Assembly (NCBI GenBank): GCA_966212325.1
Contig: CBIHRA010000010.1
Span: 59,544-123,543 of the forward strand
DNA: 64,000 bases
Direction of reading: 5' to 3'
From: an uncultured Burkholderiaceae bacterium
Lineage (GTDB): Bacteria; Pseudomonadota; Gammaproteobacteria; Burkholderiales; Burkholderiaceae
Position 1 is the stretch's first letter, and each line of letters begins with the position of its first letter. Made by a program: the position numbers and the translations under genes. Below, in pieces: positions 43,587 through 53,822 of this stretch. The notes below the pieces were generated by a model. That model made no database searches and was not told where the DNA came from. It was given only the letters and a program-made list of their open reading frames with translations.

Positions 43587-43608
43587 GGGCTAAGGGCTAA
43601 GGGCTAAG
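43581..43608. repeat. Perfect 7-bp tandem repeat (GGCTAAG) x4 overlapping the metC stop codon
   Basis: Read directly. The first TAA is the metC stop. Confidence 0.97.
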
Positions 43609-43696
43609 GGGCCCGCGGCCATACGCAAGACGGCGTGCAAGTGCGCGCCGGCCACGGTCGCCGCATGAGCCGGCCGGCGTGTCGCCTCCGCAATAC

Positions 43697-44536
43697 TCAG
43701 AACAGGCGCAGCAGTCCATCGAGGCCGACGTGGTTGAACGCCACGTTGGCTGCCGCCCGCACGACGGGCTTGGCGCGGAATGCGACCGAAAGGCCCACCT
43801 CGGCCATCATCTCCAAGTCGTTCGAGCCGTCGCCGAGCGCGATGGCCTGCGACGTCGGGATGCCGAGCTTGGCGCACGTCTCGCGCACGGTCCGAGCTTT
43901 GACGGACGCATTGACGATCTCGCCCGTCACTTTGCCCGTCAGTTTGCCGTCGACGATTTCGAGCGTGTTGGCGAGCGCGAAATCGAGCCCCAGCTGAGCC
44001 TTCAGTCGCTCCGTGAAAAACGTGAATCCGCCCGATACCAATAGCGTACGAAGGCCTGCGGCTTTGGCGCCGGCGAGCATCGCTTCGGCGCCTGGCGAGA
44101 GCCTTAGCCGTTCGGTGAAGACATGCTCGAGCGCGGAGGCATCGAGGCCTTTGAGCAAGGCGACACGCGCGGTCAGGCTTTCGTTGAAGTTCTTGATTTC
44201 CCCTCTCATCGACGCTTCCGTGATCGCGGAGACTTCGGCCTTCAGCCCGCAGAAATCGGCGATTTCGTCGATGCATTCGATGGTGATCAACGTCGAATCC
44301 ATGTCCATCGCAACGAGGCCGAAGTCGCGCAGCGCTCGGCCTGGCGCGACATAGGCGAAATCGAGCGCGTGCGTCTCGCAGTAGGCTTGTACGTCGGGCC
44401 GCTGCGACGGATCCGCGCCGGGGATGCGCAGCGCGCAGGCATCGATCGTTTGCGCTTGCTGCCCCCGGGCAAGGGCGACGAGCGGTTTGACGTGGGCAGC
44501 CGCTATCGGCTCGGGGCTTTGTACGACGAGGTTCAT
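43697..44536 (-). CDS. serB: Phosphoserine phosphatase SerB (HAD superfamily)
   Basis: HAD motif I (AMDMDSTLI) and ..GDGSNDLEMM.. are present. The start is at ATG 44536 (MNLVVQS..). Confidence 0.9.
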   Translation of the reverse strand: MNLVVQSPEPIAAAHVKPLVALARGQQAQTIDACALRIPGADPSQRPDVQAYCETHALDFAYVAPGRALRDFGLVAMDMDSTLITIECIDEIADFCGLKAEVSAITEASMRGEIKNFNESLTARVALLKGLDASALEHVFTERLRLSPGAEAMLAGAKAAGLRTLLVSGGFTFFTERLKAQLGLDFALANTLEIVDGKLTGKVTGEIVNASVKARTVRETCAKLGIPTSQAIALGDGSNDLEMMAEVGLSVAFRAKPVVRAAANVAFNHVGLDGLLRLF

Positions 44537-44892
44537 GGGCGTTGCGCTAAGGAGTGCCGCCAGGCGCGGCGGGCGGAAAATCCGGCTATTGTAGCCGGTC
44601 GCATAGCGCACGCTGCCGCTGCGGGCGCCGCCGCGCGAGGGTCATCGTCGAAACTCGGAACGGGTACGCGAACGGTGTGCGGCGCGTGAGCGGCATGTCC
44701 GCGGCGCGCAACCCCATAAAGCGGCCGCACGCAAGCGGGGCAACCCCGGGGCGCAAGGCGCAGCCTTTTGAGCGAGTTCGGATTAGACTGACAATGCGTC
44801 GTTGACCATTCGGCCGCGCCCCGCGAAGCGAAGCAGAGCAAGAACAGGCGAAGCAAGGCGACGCGGAGCGCACGCCAAGCCAGGAGGTGAGC

Positions 44893-45447
44893 ATGAGGGT
44901 TCGTTTGAGACCTGTAGCCGTATTGGTTTCCGTCGTCGCCTGTACGGCCGGCGGTTTTGCGGTCCTTGCCCAGGCCGCGCCGCCTATCACCGTGACATCG
45001 AAGACACCCGCGGATGGACCGATCAAGTACACGGTCAAAGTCGTGTCCAAGACATACGGCAACGCCCAGGAAACGCGCACGATCCGCTCCGGCCAAACCG
45101 ACGACTACACGTGGAAGACGTTGCCGCCGGGCGGCGCCGTCACGGCGGCGGAGCACTGTCCCAACTACGCATCGCTGTCGCTCGATGCGAACGGGACCGT
45201 GCAGCGGCAGATGCGCATTCGCGTGGCACCGACCGTGGCGGAGGACGGCACGGCGAACGTACAGCTCAGCGTGCAAGCCAGCGCGCCGCATGGAAAGACG
45301 AGCGTCAAGGCAGGCGGCAAGACGCTGCAGTGTCCCGGGGTCTCGACGCTCAGTCAAATCGTTCGCTTCACGATGCCGACCAACGGTCACCCGAAGACGA
45401 TTACGCTGAGCGACGGCTCCCAAGTGACGATTTCGGCGCAGCGATAA
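44893..45447 (+). CDS. Secreted hypothetical protein (beta-rich, two Cys)
   Basis: AGGAGG lies 5 nt upstream of ATG 44893. It has a signal peptide (..AGGFAVLAQA/AP). I recognise no family. Confidence 0.6.
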   Translation: MRVRLRPVAVLVSVVACTAGGFAVLAQAAPPITVTSKTPADGPIKYTVKVVSKTYGNAQETRTIRSGQTDDYTWKTLPPGGAVTAAEHCPNYASLSLDANGTVQRQMRIRVAPTVAEDGTANVQLSVQASAPHGKTSVKAGGKTLQCPGVSTLSQIVRFTMPTNGHPKTITLSDGSQVTISAQR

Positions 45448-45522
45448 CGGCGCACGCGACGGTCGACGACATGCGAAACCGGCGGGCTGAAGGGTGGCCC
45501 GCGCGTTGCCGTGCGCCGGGCG

Positions 45523-46332
45523 TTATCGAAGCGCGTCGCGTTCGAGGAGCCGCTCGGCGACAAAAACATGGTCGGCCCTGAACAGGCGCCGATACGTGAG
45601 CACCACCGCGCCGACCGTGCCGAGCGCCGAAGCCGCTGCGATGAGAAACATGATGACGATCTGATAGCGCACGGCCTGCAGCGGCGACTGGCCGGCGAGC
45701 ACCTGACCCGTCATCATGCCCGGGAGGCTGACTACTCCGACGACGGCCATCTGGTTCAGCGTGGGGATCATGCCGGCGCGGGCCGCCTGGCGCGCGGGAG
45801 CGCGCGCCGCCTCCCAGCGCGTGCCCCCCAGCGCAAGCGTCATCTCGACGCGGTCGCGCCGCGCCGTCAGTTCTTCGGTCATGCGCTCGATCGCAAGCGA
45901 GACGCCGGTCAGCGTATTGCCGAGAATCATGCCGAGAATAGGGATGGCGTATTGCGGCTCGTACCACGGATGCACGCGCATCACGGCGAATAATCCGACG
46001 GCGGCGACGAGCCATGCGCTCGCCGAAATCGACACGAGGCTGTCCAAGCGTTGGCCAGCATAGGTATGGGCGCCGCGGGCCGCGCCGGCAAACCCGGCCA
46101 CGATCGTCATGAGCATCATGAGCGGCAGCACCACGTACCACCGATTCACCGAGAATACCCAGCCGAGCACGTAGCCGATCGCCAGCAGTTGCACGACGGT
46201 GCGCACCGCCGCAAGCGCAAGCCGCCGCCCCAATCCGAGCGCGAGAGCGACGGAGATCAGGCCGTTGACGACGATGAGCGATGCCGCAATGCCGACATCG
46301 GCAAGACTGAGTTGATGCAATGGCTCAGTCAT
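45523..46332 (-). CDS. fetB: Iron-export ABC transporter permease FetB (YbbM/UPF0014)
   Basis: A multi-TM UPF0014-like protein whose ATG overlaps the fetA stop (ATGA). Confidence 0.8.
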   Translation of the reverse strand: MTEPLHQLSLADVGIAASLIVVNGLISVALALGLGRRLALAAVRTVVQLLAIGYVLGWVFSVNRWYVVLPLMMLMTIVAGFAGAARGAHTYAGQRLDSLVSISASAWLVAAVGLFAVMRVHPWYEPQYAIPILGMILGNTLTGVSLAIERMTEELTARRDRVEMTLALGGTRWEAARAPARQAARAGMIPTLNQMAVVGVVSLPGMMTGQVLAGQSPLQAVRYQIVIMFLIAAASALGTVGAVVLTYRRLFRADHVFVAERLLERDALR

Positions 46333-47018
46333 TCGTCGTCCTCCGGCCGAGCGGCGAGCTTTCCCGCCCGCATGAAAAGATGCCTGTGCGCGACACGCGC
46401 CGCCTGCGCCCGGTCATGCGAGATCCAGACGGCTGCACGTGCGCGGCGGTCGGTCTCGAACCAGGCGGTAACGAGGGTTTCGATCGCTCGGACGGCTTCG
46501 GGATCGAGCGCGGCCGTCGGTTCGTCGAGCAGAAGGACTTCGGGTTCGAGTTGCAGCACACGAACCAGCGCGGCAATTTGCGCCTCGCCACCCGATAGTT
46601 CGCTCGCGCGCTTATCGAGAAAATCGTCGCTGCGCCCCGTCGATCGCACGAGTTCGATGGCGCGATGGCGGTCGAACCGTGCATCGCGATAGATTTCCAG
46701 CGAATAGGGATAGCGTAAGTTGTCGCCGACCGTGCCGTCGACCAACGCGGGGCGTTGCCGTAGATAGGCGACGCTGCGTCGATAGAGCGGAATGGTGCGG
46801 CGCTCGATCGGGCGCCCGCGCCAGAGAACTTGTCCGCCATCGAGTGGATCGAGCAGCGCCAGCGCGCGCAGCAATACGCTTTTTCCGGCGCCCGAAGGCC
46901 CCGCGATGACGACGCGCTCCCCTGCGCAGAGCGAGAAATCGGTCGGCGCGAGGATGAGCGCGGCGGTGCGGGCATCGCGACGAGCGAGTGCGCGCGCTTC
47001 GATCAAGGGAGCAGTCAT
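46329..47018 (-). CDS. fetA: Iron-export ABC transporter ATP-binding protein FetA (YbbL)
   Basis: Walker A GPSGAGKS, signature LSGGE and Walker B LLLDEP. The start is at ATG 47018 within the longer track ORF. Confidence 0.82.
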   Translation of the reverse strand: MTAPLIEARALARRDARTAALILAPTDFSLCAGERVVIAGPSGAGKSVLLRALALLDPLDGGQVLWRGRPIERRTIPLYRRSVAYLRQRPALVDGTVGDNLRYPYSLEIYRDARFDRHRAIELVRSTGRSDDFLDKRASELSGGEAQIAALVRVLQLEPEVLLLDEPTAALDPEAVRAIETLVTAWFETDRRARAAVWISHDRAQAARVAHRHLFMRAGKLAARPEDDE

Positions 47019-47254
47019 GGGCGAATTCGATCGTCGTTGGGGCAAGAAACGGTGCGCCGCCGCATGGGCGATGGTCTCGAGGCGCTCAGCGCTCGGCGCA
47101 TGAGCGCGACGCGATCCGCCATGATAGGCGATCGCCGCTCGCCCTCGCGGCATGGCGATTGCTTGCCCGCAAGGAAAGAGGGTGAAACCCGCTGTGCGCC
47201 CGAAGCGGCGCGGCACCGACCCCTTTCGACGAACGAACATCAAGAGCGATTCGC

Positions 47255-49579
47255 ATGGCGCATCCTTCCTCCGTTGCTCGTACCGCCGGCAAGACGCTCG
47301 CCTGGATCGTCGTCGTCGTGCTCGCGCTTTGCGCGGCGATGGCGGTCATCGTGGCGACATTCGATTGGAACCGCGCAAGGCCTTGGGTAGACGATAAGGT
47401 TTCGCAAGCGATCGGACGGCCATTCGCGATCAACGGCGACCTGCGCGTCGGCTGGCAGCATCCGGCTGGCGAGCACGGTTGGCGCGCGTGGGTGCCATGG
47501 CCGAGATTTACCGCCAACGACGTGACGATCGGCAACCCGTCTTGGGCGCGTTCGCCGACATTCGCCAAACTCGATCGAATCAGCTTCGACGTCGAAGTAC
47601 TGCCGCTATTGACTCATGTCATCTCGATTCCATCGATCGATCTCGTCAGTCCGACTGTGGACCTCGAGCGGCTCAAGGATGGGCGAGAGAATTGGACGTT
47701 CGAGCTGCCGAAGTCGAAAGGGCCGTCGCGTTGGACGTTGCGCTTGGCGGATCTCGGTTTCGCGAAAGGGCACATTGCGTTATCGGACGAACTCAAGCAA
47801 ATCGATATGCACGTGGATGTCGATACGCTCGGCAAGCCGCTGCCGATCGGCGAAGTGATGAAGCAGCAAGAGACGGCGTCGCACGGCTCGGCCGCGGCCG
47901 TGGTCGGCTCGCGCGGTGCGCGCCAGTTGGCCGCGCAAAGCCGGACAGCGTCCGGGCCGCAAGCGGCATCGGCAGCCGTCGCGGCATCCGGCGATCACGC
48001 TGCGCCGGACGCGCATGCTTCGTCCGGCGCGCCGCCTGCATCGGCAGCATCAGCGCCCGCGAGCGCGCCGCCCGAGGCAAGCCTGCCCGCGGCCGCCGGC
48101 GCATCGGCCGCCTCCAGCGCCGAAGGGCGAAGCCGAGCCGCTTTGATCTACTCGCTCGGATGGCAAGCCAAGGGCAGCTACCGAAAGACCGACATTTCCG
48201 GCACCGGCAAACTCGGCAGCGTGCTCGCACTGCGCGACGCAAACCGGCCGTTTCCGCTCCAGGCCGATATCAAAATCGGCGACACGCGCTTCGCGCTCGT
48301 CGGGACGCTGACCGATCCGGTCCATCTCTCGGCGCTCGATTTGCGGCTGTGGCTGCAGGGCGAAAGCTTGTCGCATTTGTATTCCATCCTCGGCGTAACG
48401 CTGCCGCAAACACCGCCGTACGCGACGGACGGGCACCTCGTCGGACATCTGCAAACAGGCGCAAACGTCTTCACTTACAGCGATTTCACGGGCCGCGTGG
48501 GCGGCAGCGATCTCGAAGGAACGTTGACCTACGAATCGCATCAGCCTAGGCCTTCGCTGACAGGGCACGTAGCGTCGAAACTCCTGCAGTTTTCGGATCT
48601 CGCACCCGTCATCGGCGCCGATTCCAATGCGAGCAAGACGCGGCGCGGGGAAACCGTCAAACAGCCGGCCTCTCGCGCTTTGCCCGTCGAGCCGTTTCAT
48701 ACCGATCGCTGGAAGGCCATCGACGCCGACGTGACGTTCAAGGGCCAACGGATCATCAAGAGCGCCGACCTGCCCATCACCGATCTCGACACGCATGTCG
48801 TGCTCAAGGACGGCGTGCTCGGTTTTCATCCGTTGCGCTTCGGCGTGGCGGGCGGCACGCTGGCGTCGGATCTCGATCTGGACGGATCGAAAGAGCCGTT
48901 GCGTGCGCGCATGGCGTTGTCGGCGCGGCATTTGAAGCTCAAGCAGCTGTTCCCGAAGCAAAAGACGATGCAATCGGCGCTGGGCGAGGTGAACGGCGAC
49001 GCGCGGCTGTCCGCGACGGGCAATTCGCCGGCCGCGCTCGCGGGCACGCTCGACGGCGAAGCCAAGATGCTTGTCACGCAAGGCAAGGTGAGCCGCTTGA
49101 TCATGGAAGCGGCCGGCTTGAACGTGGCGAACGTCGTCTACGAAAAGCTGTTCGGCACGCGCGATATCGACATCAATTGCATGGCAGCCGACTTCGCCGC
49201 ATCCGACGGCGTGCTCGACACGAAAACGTTCGCGCTCGATACGGCCGATGCGGTCATCGGCATGGACGGGAAGATCAATCTACGCGACGAGTCGATGGAT
49301 CTGACGATCCATCCGCACACGAAAGGCTTCCGCATTTTCACACTGCGCTCGCCGCTGTACGTCAAAGGCACGTTCAAAAACCCGGACGTGGGCGTCAGCA
49401 AGACGGCGGTCGCGCTGCGGGCCGGCGCCGCGCTGGGTCTCGGGCTCATCAATCCGCTGGCGGCGCTCGTGCCGCTCATCGCCCCCAGCAGAGCGCAACC
49501 GACTCCCTGCGACACGCTGATCGCCAAGATGCGCGCCGCGCCGCACGCGCCGCCCTCGGGGGCGCGCTCGACGCAATGA
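47255..49579 (+). CDS. AsmA family outer-membrane biogenesis/lipid-transport protein
   Basis: It has an N-terminal TM anchor, an AsmA-like N-domain (..WNRARPWVDDKVSQAIGRPFAINGDL..) and a conserved C-terminal region, 774 aa. Confidence 0.85.
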   Translation: MAHPSSVARTAGKTLAWIVVVVLALCAAMAVIVATFDWNRARPWVDDKVSQAIGRPFAINGDLRVGWQHPAGEHGWRAWVPWPRFTANDVTIGNPSWARSPTFAKLDRISFDVEVLPLLTHVISIPSIDLVSPTVDLERLKDGRENWTFELPKSKGPSRWTLRLADLGFAKGHIALSDELKQIDMHVDVDTLGKPLPIGEVMKQQETASHGSAAAVVGSRGARQLAAQSRTASGPQAASAAVAASGDHAAPDAHASSGAPPASAASAPASAPPEASLPAAAGASAASSAEGRSRAALIYSLGWQAKGSYRKTDISGTGKLGSVLALRDANRPFPLQADIKIGDTRFALVGTLTDPVHLSALDLRLWLQGESLSHLYSILGVTLPQTPPYATDGHLVGHLQTGANVFTYSDFTGRVGGSDLEGTLTYESHQPRPSLTGHVASKLLQFSDLAPVIGADSNASKTRRGETVKQPASRALPVEPFHTDRWKAIDADVTFKGQRIIKSADLPITDLDTHVVLKDGVLGFHPLRFGVAGGTLASDLDLDGSKEPLRARMALSARHLKLKQLFPKQKTMQSALGEVNGDARLSATGNSPAALAGTLDGEAKMLVTQGKVSRLIMEAAGLNVANVVYEKLFGTRDIDINCMAADFAASDGVLDTKTFALDTADAVIGMDGKINLRDESMDLTIHPHTKGFRIFTLRSPLYVKGTFKNPDVGVSKTAVALRAGAALGLGLINPLAALVPLIAPSRAQPTPCDTLIAKMRAAPHAPPSGARSTQ

Positions 49580-49585
49580 GCCGCC

Positions 49586-49649
49586 GGTGCTACGGTGCTA
49601 CGGTGCTACGGTGCTACGGTGCTTCGGTGCTTCGGTGCTTCGGTGCGCC
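49586..49649. repeat. 8-bp tandem repeat array: (GGTGCTAC)x4 + (GGTGCTTC)x3 + one degenerate unit
   Basis: Read directly. It starts 7 nt after the AsmA-family stop and lies upstream of ybiT. Confidence 0.97.
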
Positions 49650-49737
49650 GGCGAGGGCGGCGCCGGTACGAGCCATGTGCTTCGAAAGGACGTGCGGGTC
49701 GCCGACGACTCGTGCCGCGGTGGGGTCCACGAAAGCT

Positions 49738-49746
49738 TGGTAAAAT
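49738..49746 (+). promoter_or_regulatory. Candidate extended -10 element (TGgTAAAAT) for ybiT
   Basis: The motif lies about 40 nt upstream of the GTG start at 49786. There is no good -35. Confidence 0.3.
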
Positions 49747-49785
49747 GTCGAGTTTTTCGCCGATCACCATTCGAAGGGACGCGCC

Positions 49786-51378
49786 GTGCTGTCTACCGCC
49801 AATATCACCATGCAATTCGGGCCGAAGCCCTTGTTCGAGAATATCTCGGTCAAGTTCGGCGAAGGCAACCGCTACGGTCTCATCGGCGCGAACGGCTGCG
49901 GCAAGTCGACGTTCATGAAGATTCTCGGCGGCGACTTGGAGCAGAGCTCGGGCACCGTCATGCTGGAGCCGAACGTTCGCCTCGGCAAGCTGCGCCAGGA
50001 CCAATTCGCCTACGAGGACATGCGCGTGCTCGACGTCGTCATGATGGGTCACACCGAAATGTGGGCTGCGATGACCGAGCGCGACGCGATCTATGCGAAC
50101 CCGGAAGCAACGGACGACGACTATATGCACGCCGCCGAGCTCGAAGCCAAGTTCGCGGAGTACGGCGGCTACACGGCCGAGGCCCGCGCCGGCGAGCTGC
50201 TGCTCGGGATCGGTATCGCAATCGAGGATCACAACGGCCCGATGAGCAACGTCGCACCGGGCTGGAAGCTGCGCGTGCTGCTCGCGCAGGCGCTGTTTTC
50301 GAATCCCGACGTCCTGCTGCTCGACGAGCCGACGAACAACCTCGACATCAACTCGATCCGCTGGCTGGAGAATGTTCTGAACGAGTACAACTCGACGATG
50401 ATCATCATCTCCCACGATCGGCACTTCCTGAACCAGGTCTGCACGCACATGGCGGACATGGATTACGGCACGCTCAAGGTCTACCCCGGCAACTACGACG
50501 ACTACATGCTCGCGTCCACGCAGGCGCGCGAGCGTCAGGCTGCGGCCAACGCGAAGGCTAAGGAGCGCATCGCCGATCTACAGGACTTCGTGCGCCGCTT
50601 CTCGGCGAACAAATCCAAGGCTCGCCAGGCGACCAGCCGTCTGAAGCAGATCGACAAGATCAAAATCGAGGAATTCAAGCCTTCATCGCGTCAAAACCCG
50701 TTCATCCGCTTCGAGTTCGAGAAGAAGCTGCACAACATCGCCGTGGTGGCCGAACGCATCACGAAGCGTTACGAGCGGACGATTTTCGAGAACTTCGATC
50801 TGAGCGTGCAACCGGGCGAGCGCATTGCGATCATCGGCGAAAACGGCGCGGGCAAGACGACGCTGCTGCGCTCGCTCTACGGCAACCTCGCGCTCGACGG
50901 CGGCTCGATCAAATGGGCCGAGAACGCGAACGTCGGCTATATGCCGCAGGACACGTACGAGGAGTTCCCCGACGACGTCACGCTCACCGATTGGATCGAC
51001 GCTTACCGCAAGGATGGCGACGACGATCAGATGGTGCGCGGCACGCTGGGCCGGCTGCTGTTCAACGCCGACGACATCAAGAAGTCGGTCAAGGTGCTGT
51101 CCGGCGGCGAGAAGGGCCGCATGATCTGGGGCAAGCTGATGCTCGGCCGCCACAACGTGCTGCTCATGGACGAGCCGACGAACCACATGGACATGGAGTC
51201 GATCGAATCGCTGCAGATCGCGCTCGAGAAGTACGAAGGCACGCTGATTTTCGTCTCGCACGACCGCGAATTCGTGAGCGGCCTCGCCAATCGCATCATC
51301 GAAGTGCGCACGGACGGCACGCTGTACGACTTCGGCGGCAATTACGAGGAGTTCCTCTCTAGCCAGGGCGTGCAGTAA
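49786..51378 (+). CDS. ybiT: ABC-F family ATPase YbiT
   Basis: Near full-length colinearity with E. coli YbiT ([44 protein letters not shown]..), two ABC cassettes, 530 aa, GTG start. Confidence 0.93.
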   Translation: MLSTANITMQFGPKPLFENISVKFGEGNRYGLIGANGCGKSTFMKILGGDLEQSSGTVMLEPNVRLGKLRQDQFAYEDMRVLDVVMMGHTEMWAAMTERDAIYANPEATDDDYMHAAELEAKFAEYGGYTAEARAGELLLGIGIAIEDHNGPMSNVAPGWKLRVLLAQALFSNPDVLLLDEPTNNLDINSIRWLENVLNEYNSTMIIISHDRHFLNQVCTHMADMDYGTLKVYPGNYDDYMLASTQARERQAAANAKAKERIADLQDFVRRFSANKSKARQATSRLKQIDKIKIEEFKPSSRQNPFIRFEFEKKLHNIAVVAERITKRYERTIFENFDLSVQPGERIAIIGENGAGKTTLLRSLYGNLALDGGSIKWAENANVGYMPQDTYEEFPDDVTLTDWIDAYRKDGDDDQMVRGTLGRLLFNADDIKKSVKVLSGGEKGRMIWGKLMLGRHNVLLMDEPTNHMDMESIESLQIALEKYEGTLIFVSHDREFVSGLANRIIEVRTDGTLYDFGGNYEEFLSSQGVQ

Positions 51379-51532
51379 CACTCTCGTGCACCGCGGCGCG
51401 CAAGCGTACGGCCCGATCTCTCTCGTTGGCCGTGCGATGCTCGTCCGGTGCTCGTCCGGTGTACGCGGGCGGCGACGCGTTGCGAGCCGCTGAGTAGAAT
51501 GTGCGAGTCGAAACCGAAAGGCGAACACTCGC

Positions 51533-52969
51533 ATGAAGATCTACGATCACCTCTATATCGGCGGCAAGTGGCTGAAGCCGTCAGGCGCCGCCCTGATCGA
51601 CGTCATCGATTCCGGCACCGAAGCCGTCATGGGCCGAGTCCCCGAGGGCTCGGTTGCCGATGCCGAAGCGGCCGTCGAGGCGGCGAAGCTCGCGTTCGAC
51701 GCATGGGCCGCGACGCCCGCCGCCGTACGGGCGGATTACCTCCAGAAGATTGCCGCGAACTTGAAGGCGCGCACCGATGAGCTCGCCGCGGCCATTTGCG
51801 GCGAAGTCGGCATGCCGCTCAAGCTCGCGCGCGCAATTCAGGTCGGCAGCCCCGTCTACAACTGGAACGCCTACGCCAAGCTCGCACGCGAGTTCGCGTT
51901 CGAATCGCGCGTGGGGAACTCGCTGGTCGCGCGAGAGCCCGTCGGCGTCGTGGCGGCGATCACGCCGTGGAACTACCCGCTCAATCAAATTACGTTGAAG
52001 GTCGCCGCTGCGCTCGCGGCGGGCTGCACCGTCGTGCTCAAACCCTCCGAAGTCGCGCCGCTCAATGCCTTCATGTTGGCCGAAGCCATTCACGAAGCGG
52101 GGCTACCGGCCGGCGTCTTCAACCTCGTGAGCGGTTATGGGCCCGTCGTCGGGGAAATCATCGCTAGCCATCCGTTCGTCGACATGGTCTCGTTCACGGG
52201 CTCGACGCGCGCCGGGAAGCGCGTGGCCGAATTGGCCGCGGCGAGCGTCAAGCGCGTTGCATTGGAACTCGGCGGCAAGTCTGCGTCGGTGGTGCTCGAC
52301 GACGCAGATTTCGCCGCGGCCGTGAAAGCGACCGTCTCCGCTTGCTACCTGAATTCCGGTCAGACGTGCTCGGCGCATACGCGGCTCATCGTGCCCGAAT
52401 CGCGGTACGAGGAGGTGCGCGATCTTGCGAAGGCTGCCGCCGAGGCGTTCAAAGTCGGCGATCCTCGCAGCGAGACGACGCGTCTCGGGCCGCTTGCGTC
52501 GGCCGCGCAGCTCGCGCGTGTGCGCGATTACATCGCGCGCGGCATCGCGGAGGGCGCCGAACTCGTGACAGGCGGGGCGGACATGCCCGACGGCGTGTCG
52601 AAGGGCTTCTTCGTCAAGCCGACGGTATTCGGCCGCGTGCATCCGAAGGCGACGATCGCGCAAGAGGAAATCTTCGGCCCCGTCTTGTCGATCCTCACCT
52701 ACAAGGACGAAGAAGAGGCGATCCGCATCGCCAACGATTCGCTCTACGGATTGGGCGGTGCCGTCTGGGCGGGCACCGACGAGCGCGCCATCGCGATCGC
52801 GCGACGCATTCGCACCGGGCAGGTGGACATCAACGGCGGAGCATGGAACATGGAAGCGCCGTTCGGCGGTTTCAAGCAATCGGGATACGGACGCGAAAAC
52901 GGCGTCTACGGCCTCGAAGAGTATCTCGAGTACAAATCGATGCAGTTGAAGGTCGAGAAACCCGCGTAA
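51533..52969 (+). CDS. NAD(P)-dependent aldehyde dehydrogenase family protein
   Basis: It has the catalytic Glu motif LELGGKS and the Cys motif NSGQTCSA. Confidence 0.9.
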   Translation: MKIYDHLYIGGKWLKPSGAALIDVIDSGTEAVMGRVPEGSVADAEAAVEAAKLAFDAWAATPAAVRADYLQKIAANLKARTDELAAAICGEVGMPLKLARAIQVGSPVYNWNAYAKLAREFAFESRVGNSLVAREPVGVVAAITPWNYPLNQITLKVAAALAAGCTVVLKPSEVAPLNAFMLAEAIHEAGLPAGVFNLVSGYGPVVGEIIASHPFVDMVSFTGSTRAGKRVAELAAASVKRVALELGGKSASVVLDDADFAAAVKATVSACYLNSGQTCSAHTRLIVPESRYEEVRDLAKAAAEAFKVGDPRSETTRLGPLASAAQLARVRDYIARGIAEGAELVTGGADMPDGVSKGFFVKPTVFGRVHPKATIAQEEIFGPVLSILTYKDEEEAIRIANDSLYGLGGAVWAGTDERAIAIARRIRTGQVDINGGAWNMEAPFGGFKQSGYGRENGVYGLEEYLEYKSMQLKVEKPA

Positions 52970-53038
52970 AAGGGGCAGGTGGCGCTGTGACCGGCAGTCG
53001 CATCGGTGCGCGTCTCATGCCTTGATTGGGGTCAAATT

Positions 53039-53084
53039 CCCTGTCGGTAAACCCACAAAGAATGTAGGGGTTTAGACGACAGGG
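53039..53084 (+). promoter_or_regulatory. Stem-loop in the ompW leader that pairs with the presumed Shine-Dalgarno
   Basis: CCCTGTCG-g-TAAACCC / loop / GGGTTTA-ga-CGACAGGG gives 8+7 bp. The 3' arm contains AGGG of the AGGGA located 6 nt before ATG 53092. Confidence 0.4.
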
Positions 53085-53091
53085 AACTTAG

Positions 53092-53772
53092 ATGAAAACC
53101 GCCTTCACCCAAACTGCGCGCTTGGCTTTCGCGACATCCCTTTTAGCCGCGTCGCTCGCATCCCCCGCTGCATTCGCCGCGGACGACGCTCCGCCCCCTG
53201 GCGCCGCGCCCGATGCGAGCAGCGGTGCTCTGCACGCCGGCGATTGGCTCGTCCGCCTGCGCGCGATCAGCATCGAACCGACGGCGCGCACCACGGACAC
53301 GTTGTCGGCGTTGAACGTAGGCGTGAATAATTCGATCGTGCCCGAGCTCGACTTCACGTACATGATTCGCGACTACCTGGGCGTGGAGCTGATCTTGGCC
53401 ACCTCGCGGCATCAAGTGACTTCGACCCTCGGCAACCTAGGCGGCGTAGGCGTGTTGCCTCCGACGCTGCTGCTCCAATACCACTTCAACCACCAGGGCC
53501 GCATCAGGCCGTACGTCGGCGCGGGGTTGAACTACACGCTTTTCTATAACAATGGGCTGCATGCGGGCGGGCAATCGATTTCGGTCGACAATCACAGCTT
53601 CGGCCCCGCGGTGCAAGCCGGCGTCGACGTGCAAATTACGAAGCGGCTTTATGTGAACGCCGACATCAAGAAAATTTGGATGAAGACGAGCGCCTCGCTG
53701 GGCGGCACGTCGCTCGGCACGCTGCACATCGACCCGCTCGTGGTCGGGCTCGGGATCGGCATGAAGTTTTAA
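53092..53772 (+). CDS. ompW: Outer-membrane protein OmpW
   Basis: It has a signal peptide (..AAFA/AD) and the OmpW family pattern (..PYVGAGLNYT.F.., C-terminal ..VVGLGIGMKF). Confidence 0.93.
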   Translation: MKTAFTQTARLAFATSLLAASLASPAAFAADDAPPPGAAPDASSGALHAGDWLVRLRAISIEPTARTTDTLSALNVGVNNSIVPELDFTYMIRDYLGVELILATSRHQVTSTLGNLGGVGVLPPTLLLQYHFNHQGRIRPYVGAGLNYTLFYNNGLHAGGQSISVDNHSFGPAVQAGVDVQITKRLYVNADIKKIWMKTSASLGGTSLGTLHIDPLVVGLGIGMKF

Positions 53773-53798
53773 TGCGCGGTCGGGCGTGTCGCCCATCG

Positions 53799-53822
53799 AA
53801 CGCCGGCATCGTCCGGCGTTTT
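53799..53822 (+). terminator. Intrinsic terminator after ompW
   Basis: AACGCCGG catcgt CCGGCGTT is followed by a T-rich GCGTTT(T) repeat tail. Confidence 0.6.

Noticed and set aside
49587-50561. ORFs starting inside the octamer array (MLRCYGATVLRCFGASVLRC.., 324 aa and 107 aa)
   Set aside because: Their N-termini are just translated 8-bp repeats, and the remainder runs out of frame over ybiT, which has near full-length identity of pattern to E. coli YbiT.
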